DNA of 64,000 nucleotides, taken from positions 5,365 to 69,364 of the forward strand of contig JAYKIS010000037.1 of NCBI GenBank assembly GCA_035286125.1, written 5' to 3'. The DNA comes from Candidatus Sericytochromatia bacterium (GTDB taxonomy: Bacteria; Cyanobacteriota; Sericytochromatia; S15B-MN24; VGJW01). Shown here one piece after another: positions 17,691 to 25,551 of this stretch (positions are counted from its first letter, which is position 1; each line of letters begins with the position of its first letter). The position numbers and the translations under genes are program-made. The notes under the pieces were generated by a model. The model did not search any database. It was given only the letters and a program-made list of their open reading frames with translations, and was not told the DNA's origin.

Positions 17691-18698
17691 TCAGTGATAG
17701 GGAATGGGTAGAGGTGGCCGGTAGCGGGGGCGCTCGACCTTGGTGCCGGCGATATCCGGCAGGTAGGTGATCATCTCGCCGCGGAGTGTAGACACCGTGA
17801 AGCCTGTCTCCAGCTGCTCGCGATACATCGGCATGTAGTACTGCATCGGCGAGTCAGGCGTGTCGTCAATAAGTTGCAGCTTGGCGTCGAATACGAGGTT
17901 GTTGTTGCTGAGGACATTGCCGCCCCACATCAGGATGTAATTCCGGGCCGGTTCGGGCGGCACCGGACGCTCGCGCCGGACGCTGTCATCGAAGCGCATC
18001 GTGACCCGACCCTGCTGTATGGTGGCGCCGGTGCAAAAGGCCCTCATCGCGGGTGGGGGAATCATGCGGTCCGGATAGAGGATGATGTCGTTGCCCTCGA
18101 TACGCACGCCCTTGTCCTCCCGGGCCTGCAGCATCTCTGCGAGGTCTACCCCGACGACGTCCAGCAGGCCCTTGACCGGCAGGCCATTGGACTTGATCCG
18201 ATCCGGGCGCAGGACGAGTTGCCCCTTGCCGTTGGGGCGCAGATCCCCCTCGATTTCGCAGATGGTGGTGACACCGAACTTCTTGAGCTTGGCCGTTTGG
18301 CGCAAGCGCCCATTGCTGCAAGAGATGCGGATGTCGCTGATGGGCGAGTTCGGGAAATTGAATACGTACCGGTTCATCAGCGCGGCCATGGCCTGCTCCG
18401 TCATGGTGAACTCGGCCACGTGGACCTTGACCAGATAGTCGTTGACGTTGCCGGGAATGAGTGGCTTGCCCAGGTCGTAGGGCAACAGGTCTGCATCCAT
18501 CGCGGGAATGTCGACAACGATCTGCTCGTCGATTCGGTAGGCCACGTTCTGCATGTAGAAACGGGTCGGGGCACCCTTGGGTTCCTCGAAGGGGGTTCGC
18601 GTGGGTGTGGGCGCCGGCACCTCGGTGCCTGCAGGGGAGCCGCCGCAGCCGGCCAGTGCTACGCAAGCCACGGCCGCAAGGGCCTTGAGCCTTTGCAT
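17691..18698 (-). CDS. Lipoprotein of unknown function
   Basis: MQRLKALAAVACVALAGCGG gives a signal peptide plus lipobox. The track ORF starts 10 codons earlier at 18728. I am not confident of any family assignment. Confidence 0.7.
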   Translation of the reverse strand: MQRLKALAAVACVALAGCGGSPAGTEVPAPTPTRTPFEEPKGAPTRFYMQNVAYRIDEQIVVDIPAMDADLLPYDLGKPLIPGNVNDYLVKVHVAEFTMTEQAMAALMNRYVFNFPNSPISDIRISCSNGRLRQTAKLKKFGVTTICEIEGDLRPNGKGQLVLRPDRIKSNGLPVKGLLDVVGVDLAEMLQAREDKGVRIEGNDIILYPDRMIPPPAMRAFCTGATIQQGRVTMRFDDSVRRERPVPPEPARNYILMWGGNVLSNNNLVFDAKLQLIDDTPDSPMQYYMPMYREQLETGFTVSTLRGEMITYLPDIAGTKVERPRYRPPLPIPYH

Positions 18699-18799
18699 CG
18701 TGGACGAGGGGGCGCCGTGGGGGTGCATACTCTGATTGTCGTCGGAGAGGCTGCCAAACTGACGTCTTGGGGTTAAGGTTCGCTGATGGGATGCCTAAA

Positions 18800-19789
18800 T
18801 CATACCGGTTTGGCATAGGTATCGAGTACGGTGAAGAGGGCCTCGGCCGTGCGGGTCTGGTTGACGGCGTGGCGCAACTCGGCGGAACCCGGAAGGCCCT
18901 TGGTGTACCAGGCCACATGCTTGCGGCACTCTGGCACGCCTTGCGCCTCGCCCTTCTCCTCGATGAGCAGCCGGCAATGTTCCCGGGCCACCCCGAGGCG
19001 AACGTCCGGTGCAGGCTCGGGGGGCATTTCCCCGGTCTTCAGGTATGTGTCGATGCGCGGTATGATCCAGGGATTCCCTTGGGCGCCCCGGCCGATCATG
19101 ACGCCGGCGCAGCCCGAGGCCTTGAGACGCTCCGCGGCAATCAGGGGGTCCCAGAGGTCCCCGTTGCCGACCACGGGAACGGAGACGGCCGAGGCCACCT
19201 CGGCAATGGCCTCCCAGTCAGCAGAGCCCGAGTACATCTGGCTGCGCGTCCGGCCGTGGACCGTGATCATCTGCACCCCGCAGGATTCCGCGAGCCGGGC
19301 GACGGCGACATGGTTCCGCAACTGCTCGTCCCAGCCCAGCCGCATCTTGATCGTCACGGGGACCTGGTCGCCCACGGCTCCGACCATCGCCGTCAGGATG
19401 CGCCCGAGCAGGGGCAGGTCCTTGAGCAGGCCGCTGCCGTCGCAGTTCTTGGCAATCTTGGGGACGGGACAGCCCAGGTTCAGGTCGATGACGTCTGTGC
19501 CTGCGGCCGCAAGGATCCGGGCTGCCTGGCCCATGGTCTCCGGTTCGTGGCCGAAGATTTGCAGGCCAAGAGGACGCAGGCCCGGCGGGATGTCGACCTT
19601 CAGGCGACTCTTCCAGTGGACCAGACCCACGGCGCTGAACATCTCGTGGAAGATCAGGGATCGTTGGTCGAAACGACGCAGGAGCTTCAGATAGGGGACA
19701 TCGCAGACGCCGCACATCGGCGCCAGGATCACCCGGCTGTCGAGCGTCAGCGGGCCAATGCGGAAGGGTTGTTCAAGTGCGGGGGGCAT
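18800..19789 (-). CDS. dusB: tRNA-dihydrouridine synthase
   Basis: Dus motifs LAPMCGVCDxPY, LNLGCPVPKI and MIGRGAQGNPW. 329 aa. Confidence 0.9.
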   Translation of the reverse strand: MPPALEQPFRIGPLTLDSRVILAPMCGVCDVPYLKLLRRFDQRSLIFHEMFSAVGLVHWKSRLKVDIPPGLRPLGLQIFGHEPETMGQAARILAAAGTDVIDLNLGCPVPKIAKNCDGSGLLKDLPLLGRILTAMVGAVGDQVPVTIKMRLGWDEQLRNHVAVARLAESCGVQMITVHGRTRSQMYSGSADWEAIAEVASAVSVPVVGNGDLWDPLIAAERLKASGCAGVMIGRGAQGNPWIIPRIDTYLKTGEMPPEPAPDVRLGVAREHCRLLIEEKGEAQGVPECRKHVAWYTKGLPGSAELRHAVNQTRTAEALFTVLDTYAKPV

Positions 19790-19795
19790 ACCCCG

Positions 19796-20176
19796 TCAAG
19801 AATACCGCTCAAGTGACGCCGGGCGCAGCCCCCTGTACTGCTGACAGAAGGCTTCGTAGACGGGCGCGAACAGTTCGAAGGCGCCGGCGCGCATCCGGGT
19901 CGGGGGCAACGCCGACCCCCAGCCACCCAGGTGAATGATGAGGTCCTGGGAAGCCATCGAAAGGTCGCGCATCCCCTCGATCAACCGAGCCGCCTCCTCG
20001 CCCGAGCACCCTTCGATGCAGCCGAGGAAGCCTTCGCCCGAGTCCGCGATCCGGATCGAGATGCGCCCCTCCCCGAAACGATCGAGCAGGGCCTCCGTGG
20101 TTCCGGCCACGTCGCAGGCCTCGGCGTCCCCGTCAAGCTGGAAGACAAAGGCGTGTCCACGCGGCTCGAACATCAA
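19796..20176 (-). CDS. Hypothetical 126-aa protein
   Basis: High GC3 on hand inspection. Its stop is 7 nt upstream of the dusB start. No motif recognised. Confidence 0.55.
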   Translation of the reverse strand: MMFEPRGHAFVFQLDGDAEACDVAGTTEALLDRFGEGRISIRIADSGEGFLGCIEGCSGEEAARLIEGMRDLSMASQDLIIHLGGWGSALPPTRMRAGAFELFAPVYEAFCQQYRGLRPASLERYS

Positions 20177-20319
20177 TGCCCGTGACCCCTTTCGCCCGTG
20201 GATGCGACCATTTGGCCCCCTTTTTCGTACCCCCGGAGGCGAGTCGCGTAACCCCGCGATTGACGCCCCCGCCCATCCCCTGATAGCCTTGGCCGCCCCT
20301 AGCCGTCTTGAGGAACCTC

Positions 20320-20547
20320 GTGCCCCAGCCCGCCCTGCGCCACCGCATCCGCGTCCGACATGCCGATGGCACGGTGATGGAACTCGACCGGGACCCCGAG
20401 CGCGAGGTTGGCGAACTGGTCACGGCCGACGCCTTGGCGTGGCCCGGTGCTCCCGTGAAATTCATCGTCACGGGGAAGTCGGTCCAGCCCGGTTCCGATG
20501 TCGAGCCCCGCGAGACGGTCTACCAGGTCCAGCCCGTCGGCGCCTGA
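20320..20547 (+). CDS. Hypothetical small protein (75 aa)
   Basis: High GC3. A GAGGAA RBS lies 4 nt before GTG 20320. The track ORF starts at TTG 20308. Confidence 0.45.
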   Translation: MPQPALRHRIRVRHADGTVMELDRDPEREVGELVTADALAWPGAPVKFIVTGKSVQPGSDVEPRETVYQVQPVGA

Positions 20548-20615
20548 ATCGGTCCCGGCCGCAAGAAGGCCGCCCGCCAGAAGCTGGCGAGCGGCCCGTC
20601 CGCGTTTCCGGAACG

Positions 20616-21731
20616 CTACTTCAGGATGAAGCCGACGCCGACCTCATAGGTGAAGCCGCCCACATCGACGGTGTTGTCGAGGCCATTTGCCGTCGCCTGG
20701 CGAATGCCCTTCTGCGCGGGGAAGTTGACGAAGCCCAGATTGAGGAAACTCTCCGGGGTGAAGCGAAGCATCAGTCCCGCCTTGGTCAGCAGGGCGTTGC
20801 GGAAGTCGTTGTCGCCCACGATGAAGCCCTGGCCGAGGCCGCCGTAGAGGTTGACGACCCGGTTCTTGGTCTCCTTGTAGAACAGCGGATCGAGGGACAG
20901 CAGGAAGGCTGCGTTGAGGTTGAACAACTGGACACTGACTTCCTGCTTGACGGGCTTTCCGAGCGACGAGAATCCGCCCTCGAGGCCGAATGCGAAGTTC
21001 TCGAGGAAGCTGCTTTGGCGCAGCAGCCCGAGGCTCAGGCCAAGACTGCCATCGGCGGTGACGGGCGTACCGGTTCCGGGGTTGCCGCGCGAGGTCGACA
21101 GCCCCTGGAACACGCCGCTGATGTACAGGCCCGAGTCTCCGTAGCGCCGCTCTTCCTCGGCCTTCTGGCGGCGCTCGGCCACGACGTCGCGGTTGGGCTC
21201 GGTCTGGAAGCTCTTGGACCAGACGATGGCACCATCCAGCGCCCGGACGAGCTTGAAGTTGACGATGACGTTCTTGCCCGTGCCCATGGTGTGCCACATC
21301 AGCACGCCGTCGACGCCCAACTGGTGGCCGATCTCGGCAAGCCGCGCGTTGCTCTCGATGGTATTGGAGTAGCTGAAGCTCCTGTCGTCGGACACGACAC
21401 GCGGGGTCCGGCATTCGCGACACTCGACGACCCGGAACCGGTTGGTCCGGATCAGTTCGTCCGTGATACGGGACTCGATGAGCGAGTTGAGTTCGGGAAA
21501 GCGGTCCTGGCGGGTCTCCCGGAAGACCACGACCTTGACGAGGCCCGGATCCACCGTCCGGATGGAATCAGGGAACCCGGCGAAGAGTTGGTCGAACAGT
21601 GCCGGGCTGGTCAGCATGGCGACGGCCGGATCCTCGCTGACAGCCTGCTTGTTGTCGGCGGCCAGAGCTGCCGGCACGTGCAGGCCGAGTACAGCCAGGC
21701 CGGCGAGGGTAACGAGGGTGCGACGAATCAT
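20616..21731 (-). CDS. Outer-membrane protein: CsgG/LpoB/FlgO-like N-domain plus a C-terminal beta-barrel-like region
   Basis: Signal peptide MIRRTLVTLAGLAVLGLHVPAALA. The N-domain pattern (VVVFRE...LNSLIESRITDELIRTNRFRVVE...LGVDGVLMWHT...NFKLVRALDGAIVW) matches the small periplasmic ring/activator fold. The C-terminal half has amphipathic Gly/aromatic strands. This is the third gene of the 20616-25449 operon. Confidence 0.65.
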   Translation of the reverse strand: MIRRTLVTLAGLAVLGLHVPAALAADNKQAVSEDPAVAMLTSPALFDQLFAGFPDSIRTVDPGLVKVVVFRETRQDRFPELNSLIESRITDELIRTNRFRVVECRECRTPRVVSDDRSFSYSNTIESNARLAEIGHQLGVDGVLMWHTMGTGKNVIVNFKLVRALDGAIVWSKSFQTEPNRDVVAERRQKAEEERRYGDSGLYISGVFQGLSTSRGNPGTGTPVTADGSLGLSLGLLRQSSFLENFAFGLEGGFSSLGKPVKQEVSVQLFNLNAAFLLSLDPLFYKETKNRVVNLYGGLGQGFIVGDNDFRNALLTKAGLMLRFTPESFLNLGFVNFPAQKGIRQATANGLDNTVDVGGFTYEVGVGFILK

Positions 21732-21765
21732 CGGGGTCACCTGAATCAGGGTTTGGTGGCAGGGG

Positions 21766-23460
21766 TCAGCGGCGGGAACGGGCATTGATGCGCCCCAGGC
21801 TCTGTCGGACGTCCGTCAGGCCGGGGTCGAGGTCCAGGGCTCTGGACCAGGAGATGCGGGCAAGCCCCAGGTCACCCATCTTGTAGTAGATGGAGCCCTG
21901 CAAGGCCAGGACCTGGGCATTGTCCGGTGACAGGTCGAGAGCTCGTGCCACCTCGGCCAGGGCCTTGTCGTAACGTCCCGAGTAGGCGAGACGCTGGGCC
22001 GACAGAAATCGACGCTGGATCTCCCCGGCCAGGGCCGCCACTTCACTCGGCGAAGGTGTCAACACCACGACTGGTGGCGAGGGATAGGGGGGAGGTGTCG
22101 GATAGGGCGGTGGCGTCGGATACGTCGGGAACTTGAAGTCCGTAGGCAGCTTGTTCTCGATTTCGATCTTCGAGACGGACTCGACCTTGGAGCGTTCCGA
22201 CACCTCGCTGCGTTGCGTCGCGTCGGATCGGATCGTGCTGTCGCTGCGGATGTTGGTGTCGGAACGGTTGTCCGACCGCGCGTTCGTGTCCTGCTGGAAA
22301 CGTGCCTCGGAGCGCTGCATGCCGGCGGGTCCGTAGCCCTCTCCTCCCATCATGGCCTGTGGCGCGCGCATCACCGCGGGCTCGGCCACGGCAGGCTTGG
22401 GCTCGGGACTGGGTTCAGGGGGCACCACAACCTTCATGTACAGGTCGCGATCCTCGGGGAACAGCAGGCTTTCCAGATCCACCGAACTGCCCTTGCGCTT
22501 CAGGCGGATGAAGTCTCCCCCCTGGCGCGGCGGATCGGCAGGCGTTGCCACTGCCGGTGCGACAGGCGTGGCCTGCGCGGGCGCGGCCGCCACCACGGCC
22601 GGCCTGACCGGCACGAACTCGTCGAGACGGGGCACCCGGGGCGTAGGCTCGGATACGAAGCGGAATGCGGGTGCTGGCGTCTCGCCCGGTTGCCGTGCAT
22701 AGGGGTTGGCGCGGGGTGCGGCAAGGGGTGCCGCCATGGGCGCAGGCGGTGGTGCCACGCGCAGCCCGGGCCCGGATGGACGCGCGGAGGGCACGGCCAC
22801 GACGGTGGTCGGCGGCGCGGGAACCTCGCCGCCAGGCACAACGGGGGCCTGGGGTGCAGGCGGCAGGGGGCCGACGGCCGCCGCGGGCACTGGGGGCGGC
22901 GTGACGGGGACCGAGGCGCCTTCCGCGGGGGTCGGGCCAGCCGTGAGCACGGGGGCCACGGCCGGTTCGGGCCCGACGGCCACCTCCTGAGGACTCGTCG
23001 AGGCCGGGGGAGCATCGGGCACTTCGGGGGCGGAAGCGGCTTCGACCGGCGCAGCGACTGCGGCGGCCACCTCCCCGGCGACTGGCGCCTCCGTCGGCGT
23101 CACGGCCTCCGGATGCGCAGCGGCTGGTCCTGGCTCGGCCTTGGCCGCCACGACCTCACCGGGCCGACCGGTCACGCCCGAGGCGACGTCGACGACCTCG
23201 CGCAGGCGGCCCTCCTCGAATCGGAGAACATACCGGGCGGAGCCCGGCTGGCCGTAGGTCATCTCTTCGATCGTGCCTTCGGGACCCCCGGTCATCTGCG
23301 ACAAGGGCACGCCAAGGAACTCGACCACCTTCTGGGGGCTCATGCCCGGGCGAAGTTCGCCCAGGTGCTCGACGGCCGCGTGAGCCCGGGCGACGACGGG
23401 ATGCACGATCAGGCTGGCTGCCAGCCCGAAGGCCATCAGGGAGGGACGGCGCGAACCCAT
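21766..23460 (-). CDS. Secreted BamE(SmpA/OmlA)-like / Pro-Ala-rich / TPR protein
   Basis: Signal peptide, then LRPGMSPQKVVEFLGVPL...YVLRFEEGRLREV (BamE-like). That is followed by about 300 aa of P/A/V-rich sequence, RSD-type repeats and YPTPPP repeats. The C-terminus has TPRs (YSGRYDKALAEVARALDLSPDNAQVLALQGSIYYKMGDLGLARISWSRALDLDP). Confidence 0.7.
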   Translation of the reverse strand: MGSRRPSLMAFGLAASLIVHPVVARAHAAVEHLGELRPGMSPQKVVEFLGVPLSQMTGGPEGTIEEMTYGQPGSARYVLRFEEGRLREVVDVASGVTGRPGEVVAAKAEPGPAAAHPEAVTPTEAPVAGEVAAAVAAPVEAASAPEVPDAPPASTSPQEVAVGPEPAVAPVLTAGPTPAEGASVPVTPPPVPAAAVGPLPPAPQAPVVPGGEVPAPPTTVVAVPSARPSGPGLRVAPPPAPMAAPLAAPRANPYARQPGETPAPAFRFVSEPTPRVPRLDEFVPVRPAVVAAAPAQATPVAPAVATPADPPRQGGDFIRLKRKGSSVDLESLLFPEDRDLYMKVVVPPEPSPEPKPAVAEPAVMRAPQAMMGGEGYGPAGMQRSEARFQQDTNARSDNRSDTNIRSDSTIRSDATQRSEVSERSKVESVSKIEIENKLPTDFKFPTYPTPPPYPTPPPYPSPPVVVLTPSPSEVAALAGEIQRRFLSAQRLAYSGRYDKALAEVARALDLSPDNAQVLALQGSIYYKMGDLGLARISWSRALDLDPGLTDVRQSLGRINARSRR

Positions 23461-23463
23461 GGC

Positions 23464-25449
23464 CTAGCCCTCCGCCAGCGTCTTCATCGAGAAGCGACCC
23501 TGGCGCACCATGTCCCGGATCCGGCCCACCACCTCGCGGCGGGCGGTCTCGGCACCATCCGGATCGACAGGCTGGCCCTCGAGACGTTCGAGCGCGTCCA
23601 TCAGCAGGGCGCGCCGCTTGTCGGTCATAGCGCCCAGCACGGCTTCCTGCAGGGGCTCCTCGGCGTCACGGATCGCCTGGGCGACGACGCCGGGATCAAG
23701 TTCGCGCACCGCGTCCTTGATGACGGCGGCAGGCAGTCGTGGCAGGTCGGCGAAGGTCAGGTACAGTTCGCGAACCTTGCGCATCATGTCGGGGTTCTGG
23801 GTCTTCAGGTTGTCGAGGATGCGCTGCTCGGTCGTCGCGTCGGCATTGTCGAGGATGTTGACCAGCAGGCCGACGCCGTCGGTGACGACGGCGCTGAAGG
23901 ACGGCGCCTGCGATGCCTTCATCGCCAACTTCTCGGCAATGCTCTCGAAGGTCGTGAGCGGGATGGCCTCGAGCTCGCCCAGCGCCGTCGCGACGGGCCC
24001 CTGTTCCTCGACCGGCCACTTGGCCATCAGGCCGGCAGCCCGCTTGTAGGGCAACTGGGACAGCACCAGGGCCCGGACCTTGGAACCCTCGTCCTGCAGA
24101 ATCCAGAGTACCTGGGAATCGTCGATGCGATCGAGGAAGCTGAAGGGTGCCAGCTTGCGCCCGACCTGGGCGCCCTGCTCGGCCTTGGCTGCGACGAGCA
24201 GGGGATAGGCCTCCTCGAGCACGGCGACGGCTTCATCGGTCGCCACATCGCGGGTCGAGAGCAGCGCGGCCTCGACGCGGGTCCTCTCCTCATCGGCGAG
24301 GCCGGGCACGGTCCTGGCGGCCTGGGCCATGCCGAGGACGCGAAGCAGGTTGGCGACCTTTTGCAGGCCTTCCTCGCGCCGGGCGAGGCCGCCGATCATC
24401 GGCGCGGCCAGCTCGGGTTGCTCGAGCAGCATGGCCACGATCTCCTGACGCAGGGCCTGCGCGGCCCGAGCTGCCCGCTGTTCTTCCGCAGACGGCCCTG
24501 CGGGGGCCTGAGCCTCCTTGGCTGGCTGGGGCATCAAAGCCGACGCCCAGGCCGGAGGTGCATCAGTGGCAGGAGCGGCATCCGGCTTTCGGCGCCGCAG
24601 CAGCGCAATCAGGCCCAGGACGAGGCCGAGCCCCAGCAAGCCGAGCAGGACCGCCAGCATGGTGCGGATGGCAGGATCGCTCTCGCCGGCAACAGGTGCG
24701 GTTCCGGCTGCCAAGGGGGCGGCGACGGGCAGGCCGGCTGCCGTCGTCACGCTGTCCGTGCCGGTGGCGGCCAAGGCGGCGGCCTTCTGCAGCGTCGGCG
24801 GGAACTGCCGGTTCATGATCTCGAGGCTGTCGCCGCGGGCGAAGTTGAGGTCCGCCTTCTGGTAGATCAGCTTCTCGATGAAGTCGCGCTCTTCCTGAGC
24901 GAGGTTCTTCTCGATGACCGTCAGGATGCGGACGCGGTCGATGCGCAGGCCCGCCGCTTCCGCGACAGGGGCCGCAGCCTGCTGGGCCACGGGAGGCAGC
25001 GACGGCGGCGCCGCGACTGGCGCCGCTGCCGGCCTCGCTGCGGCGGGACGCGCCGGCAGGCCGGGCAGGTCGACCTCGTCCGGATCCAACGGTTCGGTCC
25101 CGGGCAGGTTGGCCGTGAGCGCCGGCTGCAACGGGGCCGGCAACACCTGCAGCGGACGCGGTCCCTGCCCGTGGATGCGCTGCATCTTGACACGGACCTG
25201 GACGATGAACCTGTCGTTGCCCAGGTAGGATGTCATCGCCTGCTTGAGGCTCTCCTCGAGCAGTTTCTCGTAGCTCAGCTCCTCGAGCACCACGCCGTCC
25301 TGCCGGGCGTCGGTCGGACCCGCCGGCAACTGCGCGAGCGCAGGTTCCGCGAACGCGCCGGGCAGGCTGGCCAGGACCGCCACGCAAACCGCACGCAAGG
25401 CGCCGGAAAGGGGCTGGGCGCTCGCCGAGAAGGGCCGTGGGGCTCGCAT
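23464..25449 (-). CDS. Membrane protein: FliF-like periplasmic ring motifs, a TM segment and a FliG-like cytoplasmic region
   Basis: Start at ATG 25449 (MRAPRPF..., with hydrophobic segment ALRAVCVAVLASLPGAFA). There are two ring-building-motif-like segments, a TM helix (IRTMLAVLLGLLGLGLVLGLIALLRRRK) and about 340 aa that align by eye to the FliG N, M and C domains (PFSFLDRIDDSQVLWILQDE; YLTFADL...VRELD...AIRDAEEPL...MTDKRRALLMDALE). See findings. Confidence 0.65.
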   Translation of the reverse strand: MRAPRPFSASAQPLSGALRAVCVAVLASLPGAFAEPALAQLPAGPTDARQDGVVLEELSYEKLLEESLKQAMTSYLGNDRFIVQVRVKMQRIHGQGPRPLQVLPAPLQPALTANLPGTEPLDPDEVDLPGLPARPAAARPAAAPVAAPPSLPPVAQQAAAPVAEAAGLRIDRVRILTVIEKNLAQEERDFIEKLIYQKADLNFARGDSLEIMNRQFPPTLQKAAALAATGTDSVTTAAGLPVAAPLAAGTAPVAGESDPAIRTMLAVLLGLLGLGLVLGLIALLRRRKPDAAPATDAPPAWASALMPQPAKEAQAPAGPSAEEQRAARAAQALRQEIVAMLLEQPELAAPMIGGLARREEGLQKVANLLRVLGMAQAARTVPGLADEERTRVEAALLSTRDVATDEAVAVLEEAYPLLVAAKAEQGAQVGRKLAPFSFLDRIDDSQVLWILQDEGSKVRALVLSQLPYKRAAGLMAKWPVEEQGPVATALGELEAIPLTTFESIAEKLAMKASQAPSFSAVVTDGVGLLVNILDNADATTEQRILDNLKTQNPDMMRKVRELYLTFADLPRLPAAVIKDAVRELDPGVVAQAIRDAEEPLQEAVLGAMTDKRRALLMDALERLEGQPVDPDGAETARREVVGRIRDMVRQGRFSMKTLAEG

Positions 25450-25551
25450 GCAGGTCACCGGGGCAGAGGGTCGGGGCAGGATTCTTTGTCTTCTCCGGAC
25501 CTTGCGGCAGGCGACCGGAGCTGTGTTGGACATCACCATACCCCATGCGCC

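Noticed and set aside
20260-20288. TTGACG-N16-GATAGC as a promoter for the small ORF at 20320
   Set aside because: The -35 is good but the -10 is poor (3 of 6). A single occurrence is not enough to list as a feature.
20616-25449. Interpretation as part of an ordinary flagellar gene cluster
   Set aside because: No other flagellar, chemotaxis-array or motor gene is adjacent. The FliF-like part is far shorter than FliF and is fused to the FliG-like part. I therefore report it as an atypical module rather than annotating fliF/fliG.
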